A stretch of DNA of 64,000 nt from Mobula birostris. Its lineage: Eukaryota. Positions within the stretch are counted from its first letter, which is position 1, and every line of letters begins with the position of its first letter. Positions 25,409-37,300 of this stretch are shown one piece after another. A program made the translations under genes and the position numbers. The notes under the pieces are model-generated. The model did no database searches, was not told where the DNA came from, and saw nothing but the letters and a program-made list of their open reading frames with translations. Location: contig NC_092372.1 of assembly GCF_030028105.1 (NCBI RefSeq), positions 151,968,058-152,032,057 of the forward strand, in the 5' to 3' direction.

Positions 25409-26911
25409 AGAAAAAATGCTAGTTGGAATTCACAATAGCATCTGCAACTGAGAGGTTTGTACGTACAGGAAATGGCCATTGGAATATTTTCAAAATCCAC
25501 AATATTCAAATTTATATATTTACTGTTATGTGGGCAGTGTACGTTGCTGGCAAGACTAGCATTAGTTCCAAATTGTCCTTGAGAAGTCACTTTGCAGTCC
25601 TTCTGGTGACAGTGGCATGGGATGGAATTCCATGAACCAAACCCAATAATGAAGGAATGCAATATTTTTGCAAGTTGAAATTGCATGTGGTTTAGAGGAG
25701 AACCAGTTGTGTATGGTGTTCTCATGTGCCTGTTGTCTGTGGCACTTCGGCTGTTGGAATTTGTGTCAAAAATTTAAAGTAGAAGGAAAAACTATTGGTT
25801 TGGATTTCTTGGCTTGGTGGGGGGCAGGGAAGATCAAAGAAATGAACTTAAAAATGATACGAGAGTGAAGGAAATTAGAAGATGTTTGGAATATTTAATT
25901 GAAAGAACAGAAAGAGGAGACTGTTTTTAAACATAAATTTAGGATTAATTCTGTAAGTTTAGAAAAATGTGATAACAGAATCCTTGGAATATGGAAAAGA
26001 TATGATATGAAATTTCCTGATTGGGTGAATTAAGTCAAAATAGGTTTCTTGTTTGTAATTATCTTTTCTGCAAATCCAGATACATCCTACATATTTTAAG
26101 TGCCATGATGTCTGGTTTGTAAGCTAATTTTCATCTCCAGATACAAATAACAAAATCTCTGTGGCCATAATCACTATAATTTGAAGTGTCTTGTGTTTAA
26201 GCACATTGTAAAATTTTGATGTTTCTTGTAGTAAATATTAATTTGCACTTTAGTTATAACTCAAATAATCAAGAGATCTTACATGTCAACTGTGAGATGG
26301 AAGATGAGGAAGTTTTGCAATTTTACCATCTATCATCATCCATGTATCTGGATACTTCAAATTTGCTGCACTTACCACACTGACACCTAGTAGGTTTATT
26401 ATTTGATATGACTCAGAGTAACCTGTTTCCCAATTCATAACACAAGATCTCTGCATTAGAATATATTCAGTGGGTAAGTACAGGACACCAGAGGAAATAA
26501 GTACTCCCCTGAATTCACCTACTTCTCAAGCTCAAGTTACATATTCCCACTACTTCTGTACTCATCCCAAACAGCAAAACTTATATAGCAAGGCGTTGTT
26601 ATTGGCTTAAGAGGAACAGAAAAAAAAGTGTTGTTATTAAATCTGCCATGCATTGCCTAGAAATGGTAGGGGGAGTTCTGGCAACAGAATGGCATTGAAA
26701 TTTATGGACTAGTGCATTTGTTGACTAATTAGGAATATAATTGAACTGGTATTCCTAGCATGTTATAAGTCAGTAATACTAAATTTATTTGACCTCTTGA
26801 AAATTTTGTTCCCTGGCTACCAATAATATATTTTGTGTTAATCTTAAAAAAATAGTGAATAAAGATATCTCAATGATTTTTTTTGATGTATGACTTTTTT
26901 TTTGGCAACAG

Positions 26912-26986
26912 ACTCACTTGGCTCGTTGTGACATCATTGAAACACACATTGCACAGGAACTAGAGAAACTTCAATCAAAGGGTTAA
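26912..26986 (+). CDS. BAG1: BAG1 exon 7 (terminal; stop supplied by an inserted CR1 tail)
   Basis: THLARCDIIETHIAQELEKLQSKG*, with acceptor TTTTTTTTTGGCAACAG. Confidence 0.9.
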   Translation, partial: THLARCDIIETHIAQELEKLQSKG

Positions 26987-27050
26987 AGGGTCAGCACAAC
27001 TTTGTGGGCAGAAGGGCCTGCACTGTGCTGCACTCTAATATAGTCTTAAA
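26981..27050 (+). mobile_element. About 70-bp CR1 3' tail inserted in the BAG1 last coding exon
   Basis: TTGTGGGCAGAAGGGC (27002-27017) is identical to the CR1 tail at 24038-24053. It is followed by orphaned codons AAC TTT GCC CTT GCT AAC TGA (27054-27074). Confidence 0.8.
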
Positions 27051-27169
27051 AAAAACTTTGCCCTTGCTAACTGACTGTATAAAAATAACATAATAGAACA
27101 AACCAATCCACAAAACATAAATTATTACTTACATTATTTTGTATATAAATTAAGAGTAGAACACTTTGC

Positions 27170-27452
27170 AATAAAATGCAATCAGCCACTTTCATGGAGA
27201 ATTATGTGTCTATTGTAATTTTGACTTCATTGTGACTCCAGAAAGTTATCTGTTTTCCTGGGTTTAAAATTGCTTAGTGTGTTATGAATAATAAATACCT
27301 GAACTTATGACCAAAGTACATGTATAATATTGTTTTTATTTTAGTAGTGCTTGCATGTAGCTACTCAAAATACAATTTGCGTTCAATAAAACACTTCGCT
27401 CTATTCATTTATTATGTACTTCAATTATAAAAAGGAATTGTAAATCAATAAA
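27170..27452. terminator. Cluster of polyadenylation signals for convergent BAG1 and FASTKD3
   Basis: Plus-strand AATAAA at 27170, 27290, 27385 and 27447. Minus-strand AATAAA at 27335-27340 and 27408-27413. Confidence 0.55.
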
Positions 27453-27608
27453 TATGTCTAGAATTGTTTTCAAAGGATTGGTGCTAAGTACGAGTGCTCA
27501 TTCATCCTATAAACTTGTACACAGATTTTTTAGGATGAATATAAAGATGGTAAAATCTATTGCCATTTGGGTTTTTGATGTGGTGATCGGCTTTTCATTT
27601 TCTTTTCT

Positions 27609-27707
27609 TCACCAAGCAAGTCTGTAGCTGTGTGGAAACATCTTCTTGTGAAGATATCCAACCATCTCCTCTTGGGTCTGCAGCTGGTCAAATTCATAGA
27701 ATGGAAT
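27609..27707 (-). CDS. FASTKD3: FASTKD3 last coding exon (end of RAP domain)
   Basis: IPFYEFDQLQTQEEMVGYLHKKMFPHSYRLAW*, TAG acceptor, 99 nt. Confidence 0.92.
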   Translation of the reverse strand: MPFYEFDQLQTQEEMVGYLHKKMFPHSYRLAW

Positions 27708-27796
27708 CTAGATCAAACAAATTAAAACTTTTGCCATTATACTTAAAGGGCATAGCTTTAGAAGTTTAAGATGAGGTATCTAACCAGCGTGCATAC

Positions 27797-27911
27797 CTGA
27801 ACAACATCATAGCCTAGTAGCTGCAGCTGCCTCTGTTTAATAGCTTCTTTTCCAAGGAGATTTTGACTATTTATGGTGAATCTTTTTTGGTCATCAATGC
27901 ACAGTGCTATT
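27797..27911 (-). CDS. FASTKD3: FASTKD3 coding exon 5 (RAP domain)
   Basis: RIALCIDDQKRFTINSQNLLGKEAIKQRQLQLLGYDVVQ, AG/GT boundaries, 115 nt. Confidence 0.95.
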
Positions 27912-28416
27912 CTGAAAAAGAACCAGTATCCATATTGATTGTTTCAACAACAACATTTGTGATTGCTTTACTTCAAAACTAGCCATTGATGTTGTTCAAA
28001 TGAAACCAAGATTTCCACAGTACCACAACTGTCTGAGTTAGAGTTACTGCAAAATAGGATGACAAGACTGGAGTCAGGGCTGAGACACATGGAAGCGAGT
28101 ATAGAGCTGGGTCATAACCTGTTTCATTTATTAAATTTAACAGTTCAATATCTACATCTGCTAGAGGATAGTGCCTTCATGTCCTCAATTGATTTAGGAA
28201 TAAATTATATGTTGATGGCAAATCTTGCAAATTTTATGTTCTTAATTAATAAACTGCAATATGTGTAATTTTATATCTAAAAGTAATCAGTATTTTAGAA
28301 AAATACTGAAAATATGCAAAATACTTAAATATAACTACTGATCCCAATTTAACAATTTCAAGTAACCTACCTTTTCTGTTTGTCAGAACACAACAGTTCT
28401 GCTACAAGACCATGTA

Positions 28417-30050
28417 CATTTGCAAGAAAAAAAGTTTGTGAACAGTTTGCAATTACCTGGTTTTCTGCATTAATTACTCAAAATGTGGTCTGATTTGTAT
28501 CTAAATCACGATAATAGACAAACACAATCTGCCTAAACTAATAACACAAACAACTGTACTTTTCATGTCTTTATTGAACAAATTGTTTAATCATTCAGTG
28601 CAGGTTGGAAAAAGTATGTGAACCGTTGTATTTAATTACTGGTAGAACCTCTTTTAGCAGCAGTAACCTACACAAAACACATCCTGTAGCTGCTGATCAG
28701 ACTTGCACAACAGCGAGGAGGAATTTTAGATCATTCGTCCTTACAGAACTGTTTCAGTTCATCAATATTTCTGGGATACCTTGCATGAACAGCTCTCTTC
28801 AGGACATGCCACAGCATCTCAATTGGGTTAAGGGCGGACTCTGACTTGGACATTCTGGAACACAGATATTCTTCTTTTCAAACCATTCTGTTGCTGATTT
28901 ACTCTTGTCTTTTGGATCATTGTCTTATTGCATAACCAACTTCTATTAAATTTCAGGTGATGGATCATTACCCTGACATTCTCCTGTAAAATGTCTCAAT
29001 AGAAATTTGAATTCATTGTTCCCTCAGTGATTGCAAGCTGTCCAGGCCCTGAGGCAGCAAAGCAGCACCAAACCATGATGCTCCTTCCACCATGCTTCAC
29101 AGTTGGGATGAAGTTTTGGTGTTGGTCTAGGCCTGAGTTGACGTAGTAGTAGTTTGGTGTTGGTCTGCAGAGCCCTTTTTCCTGCAAATATAACGCTGTG
29201 CATTTCTGCCAAAAAGTTCAACTTTTGTCTCATCTGTCCACAGAACAATGTTCCAGAAGTGTTGTGGAACATTCAGGTGGTCTTCTGTAAACTTGAGACA
29301 TGCAGCAATGTCTTTTTTTTGAGAGCAGTGGTTTCCTCTGTGGAGTTCTTCAATGAACATCATGCTTGTTCGTTTTTTTTCCAAGAGTGGACACAGGAAC
29401 AGATTTCAGCAAATTCTAGAGATTCCTGTACATCGTTTGCAGTTACCCTTGTGTTTTTTTCACCTCCTTCAGCATTGCACTTTGTCCTCTTGATGTGATC
29501 TTTGCAAGAAGCCCACTCCGAGGGAGAGGAACAACAGTCCTGAATTTCCTCCATTTGTAGACAGTTTCTCTTACTGTGGACTGATGAACACTCAGGTCTT
29601 TAAAAATGCTTCTGCAGCCTTTTCCAGCTTAATGCATCTCTACAATTCTTCAAATGTCCTCTGAAAGTTGTTTTGATCAAGGCATGTTGCGCATAAACAG
29701 ATCTTTCTTGAGAAGAGCAGGCTCTGTCAGTAACCTGACTTTGTGTGTCCTTTTTGTAGGGCAGGGGACATCTGTAATCCACGCCTCCAATCTCATCAAC
29801 TGGAACATCTGACTCCAAATAGCTTTTGTAGAACCCAGAGGTTCATGTACTTTTTTGAACCTAGACTGATTGTTTAAATGGTGTACTCAGTATTGACAAG
29901 ACAAAGTACAATTGTTTGTAAGTTATTTGTTTAGGCAGATGGTGTTTGTGTATTATTGTGACTTAGATGAAAATCAGACCCCATTTTATGAGTAATTAAT
30001 GCAGAAAACCAGGTAACTGCAAAAGGTTCAGAGACTTCTTCCTGCAAATG
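28417..30050 (-). mobile_element. Near full-length Tc1 (IR/DR-type) transposon, transposase disrupted
   Basis: TA-flanked, long TIRs (CATTTGCAAGAA... / ...TTCCTGCAAATG), and WTDETKVELFG and KHGGRSIMVW motifs with frameshifts. Confidence 0.92.
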
Positions 30051-30939
30051 TACCTCTAAGGATAACTCTCCACAGACACTACCTGATCTGTTGAATATTT
30101 TCAGCATTTTCTTTCTGATTTCCAATCATATATTTTTCTAACTGCTGACCATGTCGCCAAGACAACCTTGGTCTGCACTCTATTCCAGATATTCCCTCTC
30201 TACAACTCAAATACACTTGAATTTGAACTTTTTCAGCTCAAATGAAGGATTACTGAACTGAAACAAACGATTTATAAATATTAAAGTTAAGGAAAAAGAG
30301 TGGATCATTAATTGCCTCAATGTACTTAGAATATAGCTGACCTTAAAGACATTGAATACAGTAGAACTCTAATAACGTAGCATCTGACTGTTTGTAAATC
30401 TGGATGATTTTGAATCTTGTGCACACTAAGCCAGAGGGGAGTGTTGCATGTAGCCAAAGCTACTGCTGGGATCCAAAGGGTTTGTGTATTTGCTGCTCAA
30501 ACTCAAAGTTTGACTGAAAAACTGACAGTCTTACTCTGTGACATATGAAAGTGAAGAAGTGTCTTGTACATAAATTGCAGTAGTATTCAAAAACCCGTAA
30601 GATTTAGTAATCTGGTATCAAAGTCCTCAGGGTAACAGATTATCAGAATTTAACAGTAGGCAAACATCACACTTTCACTAGTGGTTGTTAATGATTCTCA
30701 CGATCTTTCAGAAATCTCAACTAATGCCATCTAGTGCCATAACTTGGTTTTACACTGAACGATTCAGGTTACAGTATTTACATTCTGATCATTCAAGTGG
30801 CATTTTAAACCTAACTTTCTGTTTGTACTGTATTCACTATGATTTGATAGAGCTCATTAAAGATGTACAGAAAAACCCAATGTAATTTTGGGCTATAAAT
30901 TGCTGTAATAGATTTGCTCTTACGCATTTGTCAATGATC

Positions 30940-31019
30940 CAGGGGCTCCCAACCTGGGGTCGACAGACCCCTTGCTTCACAGTATTGATCCATGGCACAA
31001 TAAAGGTTGGGAACCCCTA
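30940..31019. mobile_element. Small hAT-type MITE
   Basis: TIRs CAGGGGCTCCCAACCT / AGGTTGGGAACCCCT. Confidence 0.65.
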
Positions 31020-31359
31020 CTTTATTTCTAGGGTAGAAACAAAACAAGTGAATTTCCACTTTTCGGGAAGCAGATAACAGAAAAGAACTGCTGTTGGATT
31101 GTGGTTAACGCGGAAAGGCAGTATGATAGAAATGAAGGTTGCTCAGGCAATAATGCTTTTAGTGCAGTTACTTTTTATGGAGAAGTAACTGTTAGCTTAG
31201 TGATTATAAAAGTGATCCAAAGTCATGTAAACAATTAGAAACATTGCCTTGGAAAGCTGGTGAAAACCAATCTATAATATGCTTTCAAGTTAAAATTAAT
31301 AAGCTACAACAGTACTGATAACAGAAATCCTTCTTTTGAACTCTGGCATAATGTTACAA

Positions 31360-33387
31360 AATTAGGGATAGTATCAATTCCAAAGAAGAAGCATACAAAT
31401 TAGCCAGAGAAAGTGGCTCACCTGAGGACCGGGAGAAATTCAGAGTTCAGCAGAGGAGGACAAAGGGCTTAATTAGGAAGGGGAAAAAAGATTATGAGAG
31501 AAAACTGGCAGGGAACATAAAAACTGACTGTAAAAGCTTTTATAGATATGTAAAAAGGAAAAGACTGGTAAAGACAAATGGAGGTCCCCTACAGACAGAA
31601 ACAGGTGAATTGATTATGGGGAGCAAGGACATGGCAGACCAATTGAATAATTACTTTGGTTCTGTCTTCACTAAGGAGGACATAAATAATCTTCCAGAAA
31701 TAGTAGGGGACAGAGGGTCCAGTGAGATGGAGGAACTGAGCGAAATACATGTTAGTAGGGAAGTGGTGTTAGGTGAATTGAAGGGATTGAAGGCAGATAA
31801 ATCCCCAGGGCCAGATGGTCTGCATCCCAGAGTGCTTAAGGAAGTAGCCCAAGAAATAGTGGATGCATTAGTGATAATTTTTCAAAACTCGTTAGATTCT
31901 GGACTAGTTCCTGAGGATTGGAGGGTGGCTAATGTAACCCCACTTTTTAAAAAAAGGAGGGAGAGAGAAACCGGGGAATTATAGACCGGTTAGCCTAATG
32001 TCGGTGGTGGGGAAACTGCTGGAGTCAGTTATCAAAGATGTGATAACAGCACATTTGGAAAGCGGTGAAATCATCGGACAAAGTCAGCATGGATTTGTGA
32101 AAGGAAAATCATGTCTGACGAATCTCATAGAATTTTTTGAGGATGTAACTAGTAGAGTGGATAGGGGAGAACCAGTGGATGTGGTATATTTGGATTTTCA
32201 AAAGGCTTTTGACAAGGTCCCACACAGGAGATTAGTGTGCAAACTTAAAGCACATGGTATTGGGGGTAAGGTGTTGATGTGGATGGAGAATTGGTTAGCA
32301 GACAGGAAGCAAAGAGTGGGAATAAACGGGACCTTTTCAGAATGGCAGGCGGTGACTAGTGGGGTACCGCAAGGCTCAGTGCTGGGACCCCAGTTGTTTA
32401 CAATATATATTAATGACTTGGATGAGGGAATTAAATGCAGCATCTCCAAGTTTGCGGATGACACGAAGCTGGGCGGCAGTGTTAGCTGTGAGGAGGATGC
32501 TAAGAGGATGCAGAGTGACTTGGATAGGTTGGGTGAGTGGGCAAATTCATGGCAGATGCAATTTAATGTGGATAAATGTGAAGTTATCCACTTTGGTGGC
32601 AAAAATAGGAAAACAGATTATTATCTGAATGGTGGCCGATTAGGAAAAGGGGAGGTGCAACGAGACCTGGGTGTCATTATACACCAGTCATTGAAAGTGG
32701 GCATGCAGGTACAGCAGGCGGTGAAAAAGGCGAATGGTATGCTGGCATTTATAGCGAGAGGATTCGAGTACAGGAGCAGGGAGGTACTACTGCAGTTGTA
32801 CAAGGCCTTGGAGAGACCACACCTGGAGTATTGTGTGCAGTTTTGGTCCCCTAATCTGAGGAAAGACATCCTTGCCATAGAGGGAGTACAAAGAAGGTTC
32901 ACCAGATTGATTCCTGGGATGGCAGGACTTTCATATGAAGAAAGACTGGATGAACTGGGCTTGTACTCGTTGGAATTTAGAAGATTGAGGGGGGATCTGA
33001 TTGAAACGTATAAAATCCTAAAGGGATTGGACAGGCTAGATGCAGGAAGATTGTTCCCGATGTTGGGGAAGTCCAGAACAAGGGGTCACAGTTTGAGGAT
33101 AAAGGGGAAGCCTTTTAGGACCGAGATTAGGAAAAACTTCTTCACACAGAGAGTGGTGAATCTGTGGAATTCTCTGCCACAGGAAACAGTTGAGGCCAGT
33201 TCATTGGCTATATTTAAGAGGGAGTTAGATATGGCCCTTGTGGCTACGGGGATCAGGGGCTATGGAGGGAAGGCTGGGGCGGGGTTCTGAGTTGGATGAT
33301 CAGCCATGATCATAATAAATGGCGATGCAGGCTCGAAGGGCCGAATGGCCTGCTCCTGCACCTATTTTCTATGTTTCTATGTTTCTA
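31360..33387 (+). mobile_element. Young 5'-truncated CR1 LINE, RT domain nearly intact
   Basis: 430-aa ORF (QHGF, YLDFQKAFDKV, GVPQGSVLGP, FADD) plus an upstream ORF joined by one frameshift. (TTTCTATG)n tail. Confidence 0.95.
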
Positions 33388-34079
33388 AAACCAATGTAAT
33401 CCAAAATCCTACAGACCAGCAAAATTAGACCTTTGCCTACCGAAAAACCTGGATATCCAGTGTATATAAACATATGATATGAATATTTTAGTGACTACTA
33501 TAGGAATGCAAGAGCTACTCAGTTGCACTTTAACATAAAGGGATAGAATTTCCTTGATTATGGAACTCAGCTGAAGCTGAGAAATCCAAGAGAATGTATA
33601 GTGACATTATAATGTGTCTACCAGTGTCCCACAATGCCCACGTTGAAGAATGTCCATTAAAATTTGAGGTTTATGTCAATTCCAGGTTGTCATTAACACA
33701 GCATGCATTTTAGTCATGGAAACCCAAACTAGTCACTAAACTTAAAAGACTACTGTATAGGAGAGTAAAAGCTACATGGGTTCGCACCTCTCCTGTCTGT
33801 ATTAACTGTGGAATGCAAGAGTTGCTCCTTGTATGCAGAAAATAAAATACAAGATAAAGTACATGACCAAAGATTAAGTTAAAGGATTTGATTTATAGCA
33901 GTACAATTTACACCCCCTCAACTGGAATAAATTTATAACAAGTCCTTGTATCGCAGTTTTCTGCCATCTGCACTGTTTTTAATGCCACCTCTTTTACTAT
34001 GCTGCATTCTGATGTCAAAATATTAAAAAAATTCTGACGGCTAATAGCTTCCTAAATTCAAACAAATTAAGATTCTCAC

Positions 34080-34149
34080 CTCCTAAAAACCTCATCATGC
34101 CAGGAGGCAGGAAGCACATATCCTTCCTCATCCAGTTTAATCTCAGCAT
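34080..34149 (-). CDS. FASTKD3: FASTKD3 coding exon 4
   Basis: DAEIKLDEEGYVLPASWHDEVFRR, AG/GTGAGA boundaries, 70 nt. Confidence 0.95.
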
Positions 34150-34379
34150 CTTAAAAAAAACAATTGATCAGATTTATTTGAAAACAGTAAAACCACATTC
34201 AAACTTAGCTGCTATGTGGATAGTTGGTCAAAACCCAATTCAAGATAATAATGCAGTACAACTGGGCTGCATGTGGACAGAACAGCTGTAGAACAGAGGT
34301 TAAACACTTTCCAAAGCAAGGTAAAGATGGGGGAAAGAGTAATAATTGCTTCTGCAAAACTTATTTCTAAATGGAGTGA

Positions 34380-37300
34380 CCGGAACAGCATGCGAAATTA
34401 ATGAAAAGTTTTAAATAGCTGCAATTTGACTTCCTTAACTTTAGTACTCAAAATGAAGGCAAGCATTCTATTCTTCACCTGTATGGCCATTTTCAGTGAA
34501 CTATGGAATTTGACCATAAGGTTCTTTGTACTTCAATGCTATTAAGGGATTTAGCGTTAACTGTATACTTCCTCCTTTCATTTGACCTCCCAAAGCGCAA
34601 CACCTCACACTCGTCTCAATTAAACTCCATCTGCCACTTCTCTATCCATAGCTGTAACTGATCTATATCATACTGTATTCTTTGATAGTCCTTTATATTG
34701 TTCACAACTCCACCGATCTTGGTGTCATCCGAAAATCTGCTTATCAACTTCGTCAGCATAGTTTCCTATAGTTCCACCCATGGTGTCATCAATGGTTTCC
34801 TTGCCTGACAAATCTGTTGGAATTCTTTGAACAGAAAGGATAGACAAAGATAGTCTATGAATGTTGTTTATTTGGATTTTCAGATGGCCTTTCACAAGAT
34901 GTAACACAAGTACACTTAAGAAATAAATCAGGAGGGTTAAAACAGGGCACGAGGTTGCTCTAGCAGACAAAGTGAAGGAAAACCCTTAGGGCTTCTACAG
35001 ATATGCCAAGAGTAAATGGATTGTAAGGAGAAAAATTGGTCCTCTGGAAGATCAGAATGGTAACCTATGCAGGGAGCCAAAATAGATGGGGTAGATCTTA
35101 AATGGATTTTTGGCACTTGGGAGATAGACAGAGTTTATAGAAGTGAGGCAAAGCAGTAGCAAGGTTATGGACCATATACAGATTACAGAGAAGGAGGTGT
35201 TTGCTATCTCAAGCCAAATTAGGGTGGACAAATCCCCAAGGCCAGACAAGGTGTTCCCTTGGACCCTGTGGGAGGCGTGCAGAAATTGCAGGGGCCCTAG
35301 CAGAGATATTTAAATCATCCTTAGCAACAGGTATTCTAGTACGTGTATAGACAGGGATTGATTAGGGATAGTCAGCATGACTTTGTGTGTCGTAGGTTGT
35401 GTCTAAACAACCTTACAAAGTTTTTTGAGGAAATTACCAGGAAAGTTGATGAAGGCATGGCAGTGGATGTTGGTCAAGAAGGTTCAGTTGCTTGGCATTC
35501 AAGATGAGGTAGTTAATTGGATTATATATTGGCTTTGCGGAAGAAGCCAGAGAAAGGTAGTAGATGATTGCCTCTCCGACTGGAGGCCTGTGGCGAGTGG
35601 AGTACTGCGAGGAATAGTGCTGTGTCCGTTGTTTGTCACCTGTATCAATGATATTGATATTAATGTTGTTAACTGGATCAGCAAATTTGCAGATGATACC
35701 AAGTAGTGGACAGTAAAGAAGACCATCAAAGCTTTCTGTGGGATCTGGACCAGCTGGAAAAATGGGCTGAAAAATGGTAGATGGAAATTAATGCAGAAAG
35801 GTGTGAGGCATTGCACTTTGGGAGAACCAACCAGCCAGCATAGGTCTCACAGTGAGTGGTCGGGCACTGAGGAGTGCAGTAGATCAAAGTAATCTGGGAT
35901 TACAGGTCAATAATTCATTGAAAGTGGTGTCACAGGTAGATAGAACCATAGAACACTACAGCACAGAAAACAGGCCATTCGGCCCTTCTAGTCTGTGTCG
36001 AAACATTATTCCGCTAGTCCCATTGACCTGCATCCAGTCCATAACCCTCCAGACCTCTCCCATCCTTGTATCTATCCAATTTATTCTTAAAATTTAAGAG
36101 TGAGCCTGCATTTACCACGTCAGATGGCAGCTTGTTCCACACTCCCACCAGTCTCTGGGTGAAGAAGTTCCTCCAATGTTCCCCCTAAACCTTTCCCCTT
36201 TCACCCTAAAGCCAGGTCCTCTCATATTTATCTCTCCTAATCTAAGTGGAAAGAGCCTATTCACATTTACTCTGTCTATACCCCTCATAATTTTGTATAT
36301 ATCCCCTCATTCTTCTACGCTCCAAGGAATAAAGTCCTAACCTGTTCAATCTTTCCCTATAACTCAACTCCTGAAGACCTGGCAACATCCTAGTAAATCT
36401 TCTCTGCACTCTTTCAATCTCACTGATATCCCTCCTATGGTTAGGTGACCAGAACTGTACACAATACTCCATATTTGGCCTCACCAATGTCTTATACAAC
36501 CTCCCTATAACATCCCAACTCCTATACTCAAAACTTTGATTTATGAATGCCAGGATACCAAAAGCCTTCTTTACAACCCTGTCTACCTGTGACACCACTT
36601 TCAGGCAATTATGTATCTGAACGCCCAGAATTCTTTGTCCTCCGCACTCCTCAGTGCCCTACCATTTACTGAGTATGTCCTGTCTTGATTTGTCCTTCCA
36701 AAATGCAGCACCTCACACTTGTCTGCATTAAATTCCATCTGCCATTTTCTGGCCCATTTTTCCAGTTGGTCCAGATCCCTCTGCAAGCATTGAAAGCCTT
36801 ACTCGCTGTCCACAACACCTCCAATCTTAGTGTCATCAGCAAACTTGCTGATCCAATTTACCACATTATTATCTAGATCATTGATATAGACAACAAACAA
36901 CAATGGTCCCAGCACAGATCCTTGAGGCACACCACTCGTCACAAGCCTCCAGTCTGATAAGCAATCATCCACTACCACTCTCTATCTTCTCCCACACAGC
37001 CAATTTCGAATCCAGTTTACAACCTCTCGATGGGTACCTAGTGTCTGAACCTTCTGAACTAACCTCCCATGTGGGACCTTGTCAAAGGCCTTACTAAAGT
37101 CCATGTAAAGGCAGTTTTGGCATATTAGTCTTCATAGATCAAAGTATTCAATACAGGAGTTGGGATGTTATGTTGAAGTTGTATAAGACTTTGGTGAGGC
37201 CCACTTTGGATTATTTTGAGCAACACACATAAAAGTTGCTGGTGAACGCAGCAGGCCAGGCAGCATCTCCAGGAAAAGGTACAGTCGACGTTTCGGGCCG

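Noticed and set aside
26982-27043. Removal of the BAG1 CR1 insert as a 62-nt GT-AG intron
   Set aside because: The donor is weak (G|GTTAAA), and splicing leaves NFALAN out of frame by one base with the 8-A run as given.
31998-33290. 430-aa RT ORF as a domesticated gene
   Set aside because: It is 5'-truncated with a standard CR1 tail and many decayed relatives nearby, so it is simply a young copy.
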